Shown here: positions 32,683-42,989 of the stretch, one piece after another
Layout: each line of letters starts with the position of its first letter
Numbering within the stretch: position 1 is the stretch's first letter
Origin: Trypanosoma brucei
Taxonomy: Eukaryota
Length of the DNA stretch: 64,000 nucleotides
Assembly (NCBI GenBank): GCA_000002445.1
Contig: CP000070.1
Location: 640,001-704,000 of the forward strand
Reading direction: 5' to 3'
The notes under the pieces: model-generated
What the model was told of the DNA's origin: nothing
Database searches by the model: none
The model's input: only the letters and a program-made list of their open reading frames with translations
Program-made: the position numbers and the translations under genes

Positions 32683-35448
32683 CTACCGACCCTTGACTCG
32701 AGGAGTTGGCCAGTACGTCTCACGCTCGCCGTAGTGCTTCCACAACCCCACTGGCATGGAGCGGTACGATATTTTAGATGTGCTGTTGAGATGCATTTGC
32801 TGCTGGGAGCGAAGAGTTTTCGTGTGGCGGGTCTCATTCATATACTTTGCAGCTGTTACCTCACCTTCAAATTCCTCAAACTTCTCCGTCACACGCCCAC
32901 AGTTGCGGAGATATGCTTCACACTCTTTCTTGGTCATCCCCCTCATCGCTGCATCCTGCTTCACACGCTCAGTCCTTCTCTTTAGCACTTCCAAAGCTGC
33001 CCAGGGTGCGGTGGGTCGCGCAGCAACCGCCTGGCGCATGTACGTGTGCGCTTCCCATTGTGCACGGCGGCCCGCCACGTCGTCACATGCGGCAGAAATC
33101 AGCGATGGGCCGAACTTCTTCCCCGCCTTGTACTCAGCAACTCGGCCGTCTGACTCCTCAGCAAAAAACTTGGTCCCTGATCCTTTTTGAAGGCGCGCGC
33201 GCCAGCGTGCTTCCTTCGCCTGTTCGCGTTTGCTCCTCGGTTTTTGCGTCTCGCGTTGCGCGTACTGGTCAATAAGGTTCAGGAAGCGAGACACACCACC
33301 TTTTGATGAAGCAGGTAGCGTGCGATTTCCACCACCGTTCGTGTTCCCCGCGCCAATTACCGCCGACAGTTCAGTTGTCCTACCCGGAGCTGCACCACCA
33401 TCACCATTGCCTGGCCCATGCCCAACTCCCAACTGTGCACCATGGTTAGCCACATCCACAGGGCCTCCAACATAACTCGTGCCCCCTACTTCTAGATCGA
33501 TTACCTTTCCTTTCAGAGCTGAATCACGATCGAATTCTCGAAGTTGGGCATCAGTTTGATCCGGAGTGCCGTCAACGTAGGTTAACTCAAGTGTTGAAGT
33601 GTCAGGTCGCTCCAAACCGGTGTTTAGTCGGAAGACGCCGTAGGCGCTTGCGTGTCGTTGAAGTGGATGCGCGCGCCGCCATGCAAGGAACCTTTCTCGC
33701 CGCTTTAATTTGGAGTCCCCTCTAGATTTACCAATATGAGGTGCATCATCATCGTTTTGAAAGGTCAGAAGGGGCTCATCGGCCATTGAATCCGATACAG
33801 GAGTCGGTACCGCCTCAACGGTGCCTTCCTCATCACAGTCTAACGAAAGAACGAACTTCCGCTCCTTTGCAGATGGTTTTGTATGAAGTGGAGGCTGAGG
33901 TGGGGGATGCGGGGATGCAGTCGAGGGCACTAAACTAAGCCCTGGTGCCTTAGCGTCCTTTCCAGCCACTTCCCTCGCGCTTCTGGTAGATTCAAAATAA
34001 GCCTTCGCCATCCGCGCCTCTAAGCATCGAGCTTCACGAATTCTCTCCTCCTCCTTTTCGAGTCCTAGCCGCATCTCAGCATCCGCTTTGGCTTTAAGAA
34101 TTTTTCGAAGTCTGTCACCAGGAATAAGTCCAGAAGTTTCAGCAATAAGTCCTCGCAGCATTTCAATATTAGTCCCATCATTTGCAGAGGTAGGAATAAT
34201 AAACGGAAACACCTTGCGATACTTTCGGCGATTCTTGGTGATGACACTGTAAATCTGCCGCATGACAGAGCACACGCGCGAATGGGGCACGGAATCGCAT
34301 TTCGTTAACACGACAAAAAACACTCCATGAAGATTTTCCAACCATGTAAAGTAACGCAAATCCACCTTAGTAAGTCCTCGTTCGCAGTCAATGCAGAGCA
34401 GAAGCGTATTCACCGAACGTCTCACACCGAGATACGCATCTGTCAACTCAATTGCCTTATCACGCCACTGCTCAGACATCCCCTCCAGACCAAACCCCGG
34501 AACATCAACAAAAGTGAGTTGAAGGCCTCCACCCGGTAACTTCACGAGACCGTTACCCTTCACGTTTAGATACCGCTGCATCTGCTCTGGGGAAACGCTC
34601 TGATAGAAGGAAAGTTTCCGCGTCGTGTTGGGTGTGCTGCTTGTCTTCGCTACTTGTTGACCGAGGAGCGCATTCAACAGGCTCGACTTCCCAGCGCAAG
34701 CCTTGCCAACAAGGACAATTTCCTGATACAAGTCGTTGATCTCAAAGAAAAAGGTATGCTGATCGTAAAGAGTGGTCCGGCGTCGCCCACACCTCCGCTG
34801 CTCCACAGAGGTAGCTGTCGAATGCCCTGCGGAACCGCCTTCTTCATCGTCGCGATACATACCTGCCTGCTTAACCAAAGAATAATGTTGCCCCAACATC
34901 ACCTTATTCCCTAGGCTTATAGCCTCTTCTGTTATCCTCCCGAAACTAAGAGGCGGAGCCGGTACTAATTTGCCGTTGTATGTGTAGTCCGAAGGATCCG
35001 GGTGAGTCACTTGATAAAGTACACGTCGCCGCTTCTCAACAAGCCGTTCCCGGGCCTCCTTAAAGGCGTCAGTCACCAAATCGATAACGTCAGTGCCTAT
35101 ACCCCGAGTTGCCGGGTGATGCTCACCAAACTTCATACGTTTACCAGCGGCAGACACTTCTTGCAATTGTCGTCCGTGAGAAGGATCCAAAACAATGTCG
35201 TCGTCTGTGGTGTCTGGAACAGTGCAAAGTACATCGCTGGCGCAGCCACTATCGGCATCCATAAGAGCAAGTCGTGCGCCATTCGGATCCCTTCGTTTGG
35301 AGGATGCCAGAAGCGCGTCACCATCCATCACCTTCCTTGTGTCTGACTGCTGTTGCGTGTAGCGAGGTCGGCTGCGCAGCGGCATTCGGCCTAAGAGATC
35401 GAATGCAGCGGATGGACCGCACCGCCGTAGTGGAGTTAGCCATGGCAT
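32683..35448 (-). CDS. EngB/YihA (YsxC)-type ribosome-biogenesis GTPase domain protein with a roughly 600-aa C-terminal extension. Probably mitochondrial.
   Basis: 921 aa. G1 is 'LVGKACAGKSSLLNALLG', compared with EngB 'GRSNVGKSSLINAL'. G3 is 'FVDVPGFG'. G4 'VLTKCDSV' is the NKxD-equivalent TKxD. This fold and motif order are typical of the EngB family. The extension is Ala/Gly/Pro/Lys-rich. Confidence 0.75.
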   Translation of the reverse strand: MPWLTPLRRCGPSAAFDLLGRMPLRSRPRYTQQQSDTRKVMDGDALLASSKRRDPNGARLALMDADSGCASDVLCTVPDTTDDDIVLDPSHGRQLQEVSAAGKRMKFGEHHPATRGIGTDVIDLVTDAFKEARERLVEKRRRVLYQVTHPDPSDYTYNGKLVPAPPLSFGRITEEAISLGNKVMLGQHYSLVKQAGMYRDDEEGGSAGHSTATSVEQRRCGRRRTTLYDQHTFFFEINDLYQEIVLVGKACAGKSSLLNALLGQQVAKTSSTPNTTRKLSFYQSVSPEQMQRYLNVKGNGLVKLPGGGLQLTFVDVPGFGLEGMSEQWRDKAIELTDAYLGVRRSVNTLLLCIDCERGLTKVDLRYFTWLENLHGVFFVVLTKCDSVPHSRVCSVMRQIYSVITKNRRKYRKVFPFIIPTSANDGTNIEMLRGLIAETSGLIPGDRLRKILKAKADAEMRLGLEKEEERIREARCLEARMAKAYFESTRSAREVAGKDAKAPGLSLVPSTASPHPPPQPPLHTKPSAKERKFVLSLDCDEEGTVEAVPTPVSDSMADEPLLTFQNDDDAPHIGKSRGDSKLKRRERFLAWRRAHPLQRHASAYGVFRLNTGLERPDTSTLELTYVDGTPDQTDAQLREFDRDSALKGKVIDLEVGGTSYVGGPVDVANHGAQLGVGHGPGNGDGGAAPGRTTELSAVIGAGNTNGGGNRTLPASSKGGVSRFLNLIDQYAQRETQKPRSKREQAKEARWRARLQKGSGTKFFAEESDGRVAEYKAGKKFGPSLISAACDDVAGRRAQWEAHTYMRQAVAARPTAPWAALEVLKRRTERVKQDAAMRGMTKKECEAYLRNCGRVTEKFEEFEGEVTAAKYMNETRHTKTLRSQQQMHLNSTSKISYRSMPVGLWKHYGERETYWPTPRVKGR

Positions 35449-36955
35449 GCAACTTTACGTTTGTGCAAAAGTGCAATTGTAGGGAGGAGAGAGAAGGCAA
35501 AACGAAAAGAAAGTGCGCAATAACAATGAATGAAGCGACTCGACACTGCAAAATGGGGTTGTCCCTGCTATAAACAAGCAACCACACATGTCATGAGGTC
35601 AATTTAACAACCAAGGCGAAAAGAGCAGCAAAAACCTTCTTCCTCTCCTTTCTGCATTTGACGGCTTTTTCAAATGAAAATAAATGCGTTAAAAAAACAA
35701 CAAATCGGTTTACTAAAGCCCTACACATACAACATCTTTTGATTTGGCGAATCTTTATTTCCTCTTATTCCTTTCTTTGACTTTCCCTACAACAAATAAC
35801 AAACATATCGATAGTAGTAAAACAGCTTTTCATAATCTTTAAAATGTACTAGATCCTCCCTCCAACAGGTACAAACATCATTTACTTTTTTTCTGCTTCT
35901 TTCTTAATCAAGATGAACCTCCGGGTTTCTACACCCGCCGGAATCGAAAAAAAAAATGACAATAATAGTCAGTGCATGACACTGAGAGTCACAATAAGCC
36001 TGTTCGTTCGCTTTCGATTCCCCTCACGCCCTCAACACTTCCACAGTTTTGCTCTTCCGTCGCCGTCTCACACAATAGTGGGAAAAGGAGCGTGATACTG
36101 AAATGGTCAAGAATAATACAGGTAAACAAATAATATAGATACCGTGCGTTCGATCAACACACACACAAAAAAAAAATATATATATATATATATATAACCT
36201 GTGGCAAAAAAAAAATAATAATAAGCGGCTGCAGCGTAGCATCCGTTGGGACCACAACCTTGCACCTACCTTTCGAATGGAATGGCAGCGGGGTGGCCAC
36301 ACTAACTTTCACCTGAGGTTGTAGAAAAAGGGAATGAAGGAGAGTGGGGACAGTTAGGGAAGCCCCCATAATCCCTCATGATAGATTGAAATTACTTGTG
36401 ACGCGACCAGGGGACTAGAGTGACACGGACGTACAAGTATAGAGATCCCCAAACAACACCTCTCAAAATCCCACTGCATATCTCCTCTGGTTGAGTGAAG
36501 AGCTTTTCAACCCCCTCTACCTCAACCATCACGTGACACCGCTTTTCACAGCGGGAGCGGCACTCTCATCCGTATAACATTGATGCCTTCCCCCCACGTA
36601 GTGCATCTGCACTTCTTTGACCGTAACTACGCGGCACGACAGCAGTGCCAAATTACATATGGTTTCAAGCACATGCCACAAAGTAAATAACAAAATCATC
36701 GACGCGTGTTTTGCCTGTATCGTCGCCGTGGTTATCGTAAACTCACGCCCTCCACCTCCGTAAATACATGATCCCATTCTCATCTCAGTTATTTATGTCT
36801 CCCCCGCCCTCAATAACATGTTGGTTCTTCAATTAAGAGACAAAAACAAAAAGTTCATCACATGAAATACACCCTCCTTAACGTAATTAACCTCATACAT
36901 AAAACGAAAGGATATATTTGGCGATGAAAAACTGAACATGGAGCGTAATACGATC

Positions 36956-38338
36956 CTATTTGTCGGCCTCCCGCGCACGGACCCTGATATAGTGAAGAAC
37001 GGTCTGCAGGTCATGCTTCAGCAGCATCAACTCCGAATTTTCGCGTTCGTACTTCTCGCGAGCCTCCGATAGTTCTCCTCTGCTGCTATCGACAGCCACA
37101 TGCTGCTTCTTCAGCGTTTCCAATGTCTCCCGAGAAGCGTGCTTTTGATCAGTCAACAAACGCTTTAACCCTTCAATGTCTCCATTCAACTCCTTCATCT
37201 CATTATTTAAGGCATACCGCTGTTGCACCAACTTACTTTCCATGTCAGCCACGCGTGCCTCACGAATGTCTCTTTCCTTCGTCGTGGTCAACAACTGATC
37301 CTTCACGTGAGTACCACGGCGTAAATGGAACAACTGATCCTTCTGCAGTTGCCGTAGACGTTCACGTTCTCCCTTCGTAGCCTCAATTTCAGCCTTCATC
37401 CCATTAAATATTTCAGCTTTTGCCTTGTCACGAGAGTCGGTGGTAGCGTTCACCTTCACCTCGTGGGCACGATATAAGTCTTGGGCAACACGATTACTTG
37501 AATCAAATGATGCTCTGGCATCCTTCAGACGAGATGGCAAGTCTTTGACATTTACACGCCACCACTCAGGAAGGTCCGTCTCGTTCCTTGCGATGTATCG
37601 TTGGCGCTCTTTCGTCCAGCAGGCTTGTAAATATGAATTCTCCACTGCTGCCTCCAGCTCCTCCACCTCCCGTTCCACATCACCGTCGTAGTAAGAGGAT
37701 ATATCACCAAGATCAATCTGAAGCAATGCGCGCTTCCTGTCATCCTCCAGTTGCTCAGCTTCTCGTCGGAGTTCGATGATATCTTCGTATATGTTCAGGT
37801 TTGGCTGCATCTCTTTCTCATATGCTTCGAATTCCCTCAGCTCCTTCTGCAGCCGAATAATAATCTGCTCCTCGGTTTCTTCCACTTCTTCTTGGGGCAG
37901 CGACTCAGCCGCACTCGAGCACCCCACATTATTGACGTCACCTTCATCCGTTCGCGGGGCCTCCTCCCCCAAAAGTTCACCATTAAGATCCCTTTCCCCT
38001 TCGATTTCATTGCACTGGGGGATGACTTCGACTAACTTCTCAGAAAAGAAATTTGCCTGGTCCTCAGATGCGGCATCACCCAACTCATCGGCGGCAGCTT
38101 CAGTCGCCGTTTCCGCTAGTCCTGACATAGCTCCTGCTGCCAATCCTTCAGCGTCTCCTCCTGCCAGTCCTCCGAGAGCAGCACTTTCCGCCTCATCCTT
38201 CGCCACACCCGTTGATGCGCCCTCACGCAGGCTCGCCAACTTACTCCCAGGTGAGACGGCGGCGTTGGAGCCCGGGCTCCGTGCATTCTTTGCGGAAGAC
38301 AGTGCAGTGGTGCTCATTGCCTCAGACTTTCTTCCCAC
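36956..38338 (-). CDS. Coiled-coil protein, paralogue A of a tandem pair. Has an acidic Ala/Gly/Glu-rich N-terminal region.
   Basis: 460 aa. The first 33 aa 'MGRKSEAMSTTALSSAKNARSPGSNAAVSPGSK' are identical to the downstream paralogue. Long shared blocks follow: 'EEQIIIRL', 'QIDLGDISSYYDGDVEREVEELEAAVENSYLQACWTKERQRYIARNETDLPEWWRV', 'NRVAQDLYRAHEVKVNATTDSRDKAKAE' and 'VLHYIRVRAREA'. The remainder is heptad-rich E/K/R/L sequence. Confidence 0.8.
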   Translation of the reverse strand: MGRKSEAMSTTALSSAKNARSPGSNAAVSPGSKLASLREGASTGVAKDEAESAALGGLAGGDAEGLAAGAMSGLAETATEAAADELGDAASEDQANFFSEKLVEVIPQCNEIEGERDLNGELLGEEAPRTDEGDVNNVGCSSAAESLPQEEVEETEEQIIIRLQKELREFEAYEKEMQPNLNIYEDIIELRREAEQLEDDRKRALLQIDLGDISSYYDGDVEREVEELEAAVENSYLQACWTKERQRYIARNETDLPEWWRVNVKDLPSRLKDARASFDSSNRVAQDLYRAHEVKVNATTDSRDKAKAEIFNGMKAEIEATKGERERLRQLQKDQLFHLRRGTHVKDQLLTTTKERDIREARVADMESKLVQQRYALNNEMKELNGDIEGLKRLLTDQKHASRETLETLKKQHVAVDSSRGELSEAREKYERENSELMLLKHDLQTVLHYIRVRAREADK

Positions 38339-38975
38339 TTCCTTTAAACACAGTCTATTGCCTTTGCGCTACACCAGTCTTAGTTAGGTATGTGCAATGA
38401 TATCGTAGCCCCCAGTGCGTATCTGGTTTTGCAGTTGAGGGGTCGTTCTCGCTTAGTTGTATTGTTCGCTTGTTAATTGGTCACTTATCACTTTCTAACA
38501 TTGATAAATGGAACCCCAATGGTGAAGCAGTGTGGTACCAGTAAACAAACAACAGAAAAGAGTTGAAAGAAAAGAGGTAACGGAAATTAAAGGGGGAAAA
38601 ACAGAAACATAGAAGGAGACCCCCAAAAAGGGAAGCAGCAAATAACTGCAGCAAACGGACAGGCAGGTGCTAGACAGGCAAGCACCTCCCTCCTCTGGAG
38701 ACGGTTCAACATGGATCACTTACACACATTTTTCCTCTTCGACTTTATCACGCTCAATTCGTTTTGTGCTTTTTCCAGGGGTATAAAGGAAAGGAAAACA
38801 CAAGAAGTGCAGTGTCATCTGAAATTGTCAATATGAAATGAAATCAAAACAACAAAACAAAAAAGAAAGGTAAAGTAAAAGGCAAAGTAAGAAAAAAGAA
38901 AAAAGAAAGAAAAGTGAAGAGAGAGAGAGAAAACGGAACCTTTTTCTTTTTCATTCGGCACTACTCGTAATTCCA
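36956..38975. repeat. Tandem segmental duplication, copy 1. The coiled-coil gene plus its 5' flank.
   Basis: 38212..38975 is essentially identical to 42243..43005 at a constant offset of 4031 bp, about 760 bp. This spans the first roughly 40 codons and the upstream region. The plus-strand ORFs 38212..38400 versus 42207..42431 and 38495..38719 versus 42526..42750 translate identically. 37425..37780 is near-identical to 41204..41560 at offset 3779. The 3' ends of the two genes and their downstream flanks are diverged. Confidence 0.9.
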
Positions 38976-40734
38976 AGTTCAGCTCCGTTTCCCGCCTAAC
39001 CTCGCTCCACTTGAGCACACTAATAAGCCTTTCCCCTCCTTTTACTTTTCCTTGTTGCTGTTGCTTTTTCGTAGTACATTTGTTAACGTTGTTGCTAACC
39101 TCAATCCCTTTTTTCAAAAGTTTTTTCTGTATAATTTTATTCTTTCGCTATTTTACTTATTTCTTCTTGTTTTCATTGAGTTTTCTGTTATTATGGTTTT
39201 CAGCTCGCTTGTTTGCGCCATCCATCCTCAGTTAGTTACTATTTCTTCACCTTTTATTTTCCCTTCCAGAGACGCAAACAGAAAAAAAACCTCACCCGCA
39301 ATTGCAACTACTGGAGTTGGGATGATTCTTAGTGGTGACAACGGTGGCAGTAACAGAAACCAAGGTAAAAATTTAAAAAGTTTTAATGCACCAGGGAGAA
39401 AACTGTCGGGAATTTCCCCTTGCATTCCTCCTCACTCTTCCCCTACGCAAGCAACAAGAGGAAGAAAAGGGGCAATAATAAAAAAAAGAGAAAGCAGGAC
39501 ATGTGGATAATGATCGAATTCAAAGGAGGGGGAAAGAGAGGAAAAAAGAGGAAAAAAAGAGAGGCAGAGAAAATAGATAACGAAACAAATGGGCAAGACG
39601 GAGTTTGCGGATCCAATTGTAATTCGTTATTTTTTCCCATATTATCTCTTGCCGCAGCCTTAACACTAAACTGCGTATCTGCGTATGCGACGGCACATCT
39701 TATGTTCCCTTTCTTTTTCACACACCCCACACACACACACACGCATGCATACGCGTCTCATTCCACCATAGTTCCGCCTTCCCATACGCGTACACAACCC
39801 AGCGACAGCTCCAAATAGGCAACCTCAAACCTCTCATTACAAACTCGGATTACAAAAGAAAAAAAACAGCGAAAGCAGTCACAAGGACGGTTTCCCGCTT
39901 CCTTTAGCCTCTGTTTGCTTTCTTTCATTCATTCACTTCAAGTCTGCATTTGTCGTACTTTAGTATTGAGTTCGTTCGGTTCCTCTGCTTCGTTGTACAT
40001 GTGAAGAAAGGAACCTACACAAGAACAGGGTTGGAGCCGGTGAAGTAGAAAATTTTTGACAGCAACGGGGGCAAAAAAAAGACGAAAAGGGGGGGAAAAA
40101 GTACAACGACACGCTCCTCAACCACACGTAAGCGGCAGGAACGGGGCAATAACGAGTAAAAAGAAAAAAAGAAAATTGAAACGCCGCACCGCAACGGCCC
40201 TCACACAGAAAAACAATATTTGCCTGTAACCGGTAACCCCCTCACATCTTCACTTACCTCCTTCCATCACCTCCTCCCCTCCATCAGCCAACCACACGCA
40301 TGCCCCACGTAGAGGCGAGAAGAGAGGGACTGAAAGTCCCAACAGTAACAATAATAATGATGGAGAGAAAGGAGAGTAAACAGAAGCGTAATATAACAAA
40401 ACGACAAAAGGGCGATTGTGCACTCCATATGGGGTTCACTTAAGCAATTACGTACACAAGACTTATGTACAAATCATACACTTTTATTTACTGCTTTCAC
40501 AGACCTCATACACCTCCCCCCCCCCCTTCCTCTTCGAGTGCCTTCCTTGACAAAACAGTCTCACTACCCACAAACTTTAAATACATAAACCTTAAAATAT
40601 TAATGCGGTTAGCATAAAGACATGGCCCTTCGCCCCCCACAACACTTGCAATGAAGAAAGGTCCGCATCCATACACACACACACATATATATACGTACAT
40701 AAAGATACCCGTTGCAGGTGTGAGCGGGCGTACC

Positions 40735-42369
40735 TCAGTAGTTGGCTTCACGAGCACGGACACGGATGTAGTGAAGAACGCACTGCAGCTCGTGCTTGAG
40801 CGACATCAAGTCTGAATTCTCCTCCTCGTAATCTTGTCGCGCTTTTCGAACCTCTTCTCCACTTCTTGTGACATCCAACAAATGCTTCCGTAGCTCTTGA
40901 ACGATACTCTCGCCACTGACTTTCGCATCCTTCAGCTCGCGCCGCAACTGAATGAGTTCCATCTCAAGGTCTTTGACTGTACGTTTCAGCTCCACAGAAG
41001 CACCAAAGTGCCTATTCTCCTCACCCACAACTCGGGCCTCCAGAGCATCCTGACGCCTTTTCGACGTCACCTGCAGCTCCTTCACGTGAGTACCACGGCG
41101 TAAGTGGAAACGTTGTTCCTTGTCTATAACCAACAGACGTTCCCGCCGCTGACGCAGCTCGTTCAACTCCGCAGCGATCTCTTGCCGCAGTTCAGCTTTT
41201 GCCTTGTCACGAGAGTCGGTGGTAGCGTTCACCTTCACCTCGTGGGCACGATATAAGTCTTGGGCAACACGATTACTTGAATCAAATGACCTTTTGGCCT
41301 CCCTCAAACGAAATCCCAACTTCATGATATCCACACGCCACCACTCAGGAAGGTCCGTCTCGTTCCTTGCGATGTATCGTTGGCGCTCTTTCGTCCAGCA
41401 GGCTTGTAAATATGAATTCTCCACTGCTGCCTCCAGCTCCTCCACCTCCCGTTCCACATCACCGTCGTAGTAAGAGGATATATCACCAAGATCAATCTGA
41501 AGCAATGCGCGCTTCCTGTCATCCTCCAGTTGCTCAGCTTCTCGTCGGAGTTCGATGACCTCTTCGTACATGTTCAGGTTTGGCTGCATCTCCTCCTCAT
41601 ATGCTTCGAATTCCCTCAGCTCCTCCCGCAGCCGAATAATAATCTGCTCCTCGGTTTCTTCCTCTTCTTCTGGAGCACCCGACGATGGCTGGCGGTCTGA
41701 CCTCCTGCTGCTGTCAAAAAAGTTCTCCCCATGCGCATCAACATCACTCTCACTGAGTTCAAATTCATCGGCACCCCCCTGCCTCCGCTCACTCCTTCTT
41801 CCGCTTTTTGCTTTACTCCTCAATTCACTTGTTACCTCACTTCCCAATTCGCTCCATTCTCCATCACCATCGTCCCGCACACCATACCTCGCCTCGACGC
41901 TTCGCCCACTTTTCCCCGCACTCCTCATCTCGCTGTCGCGCACGCTTTTCCTGTCACTTTTGAGTTCACTTTGTGGTGAAAGCTCGCGAGTGCTTTTCCG
42001 GTCACTTTTGAGTTCGCTGTGTGATATTTCGCGCATACTCTTCCGATCACTTTTGAGTTCACTTTGTGGTGAAACTCCACTCATGCTTTTCCGATCACTT
42101 TTGAGTTCACTTTGTGGTGAAAGCTCGCGAGTGCTTTTCCGGTCACTTTTGAGTTCGCTGTGTGATATTTCGCGCATACTCTTCCGATCACTTTTGAGTT
42201 CACTTTGTGGTGAAAGCTCGCGAGTGCTTTTCCGGTCACTCCTTAATGCGCCCTCACGCAGGCTCACCGACTTACTCCCAGGTGAGACGGCGGCGTTGGA
42301 GCCCGGGCTCCGTGCATTCTTTGCGGAAGACAGTGCAGTGGTGCTCATTGCCTCAGACTTTCTTCCCAC
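40735..42369 (-). CDS. Coiled-coil protein, paralogue B of a tandem pair. Carries about seven copies of a 15-aa basic Ser/Arg/Lys repeat.
   Basis: 544 aa. Same N-terminus and conserved blocks as paralogue A. Residues about 41–147 are imperfect repeats 'LKSDRKS(T/M)RE(L/I)S(P/H)(Q/S)(S/E)E', encoded by 45-bp tandem units at about 41930..42250. Confidence 0.8.
   Translation of the reverse strand: MGRKSEAMSTTALSSAKNARSPGSNAAVSPGSKSVSLREGALRSDRKSTRELSPQSELKSDRKSMREISHSELKSDRKSTRELSPQSELKSDRKSMSGVSPQSELKSDRKSMREISHSELKSDRKSTRELSPQSELKSDRKSVRDSEMRSAGKSGRSVEARYGVRDDGDGEWSELGSEVTSELRSKAKSGRRSERRQGGADEFELSESDVDAHGENFFDSSRRSDRQPSSGAPEEEEETEEQIIIRLREELREFEAYEEEMQPNLNMYEEVIELRREAEQLEDDRKRALLQIDLGDISSYYDGDVEREVEELEAAVENSYLQACWTKERQRYIARNETDLPEWWRVDIMKLGFRLREAKRSFDSSNRVAQDLYRAHEVKVNATTDSRDKAKAELRQEIAAELNELRQRRERLLVIDKEQRFHLRRGTHVKELQVTSKRRQDALEARVVGEENRHFGASVELKRTVKDLEMELIQLRRELKDAKVSGESIVQELRKHLLDVTRSGEEVRKARQDYEEENSDLMSLKHELQCVLHYIRVRAREANY
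41930..42250. repeat. Coding 45-bp tandem repeat array (about 7 units, organised as 90-bp double units) inside paralogue B.
   Basis: The plus strand shows a repeated 'cgagtgcttttccggtcacttttgagttcgctgtgtgatatttcgcgcatactcttccgatcacttttgagttcactttgtggtgaaa' motif. On the minus strand it encodes the SELKSDRKS(M/T)RE(I/L)S units. Paralogue A lacks the array, which accounts for the 84-aa length difference. Confidence 0.85.
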
Positions 42370-42989
42370 TTCCTTTAAACACAGTCTATTGCCTTTGCGC
42401 TACACCAGTCTTAGTTAGGTATGTGCAATGATATCGTAGCCCCCAGTGCGTATCTGGTTTTGCAGTTGAGGGGTCGTTCTCGCTTAGTTGTATTGTTCGC
42501 TTGTTAATTGGTCACTTATCACTTTCTAACATTGATAAATGGAACCCCAATGGTGAAGCAGTGTGGTACCAGTAAACAAACAACAGAAAAGAGTTGAAAG
42601 AAAAGAGGTAACGGAAATTAAAGGGGGAAAAACAGAAACATAGAAGGAGACCCCCAAAAAGGGAAGCAGCAAATAACTGCAGCAAACGGACAGGCAGGTG
42701 CTAGACAGGCAAGCACCTCCCTCCTCTGGAGACGGTTCAACATGGATCACTTACACACATTTTTCCTCTTCGACTTTATCACGCTCAATTCGTTTTGTGC
42801 TTTTTCCAGGGGTATAAAGGAAAGGAAAACACAAGAAGTGCAGTGTCATCTGAAATTGTCAATATGAAATGAAATCAAAACAACAAAACAAAAAAGAAAG
42901 GTAAAGTAAAAGGCAAAGTAAGAAAAAAGAAAAAAGAAAGAAAAGTGAAGAGAGAGAGAGAAAACGGAACCTTTTTCTTTTTCATTCGG

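Noticed and set aside
36380-36560. GC-richer structured-looking stretch in the 35.4–36.9 kb spacer, considered as a possible tRNA or snRNA.
   Set aside because: I could not fold it by eye into a cloverleaf with the conserved GTTC/T-loop and anticodon-arm geometry. Without tRNAscan or Infernal I cannot support an RNA gene call.
37776-38387. Plus-strand ORFs 37776..38387 (203 aa) and 41555..42418 (287 aa) with Ser/Leu-rich repeated peptides.
   Set aside because: They are antisense shadows of the coiled-coil paralogues. Their repeat structure merely mirrors the 45-bp coding repeats on the minus strand.
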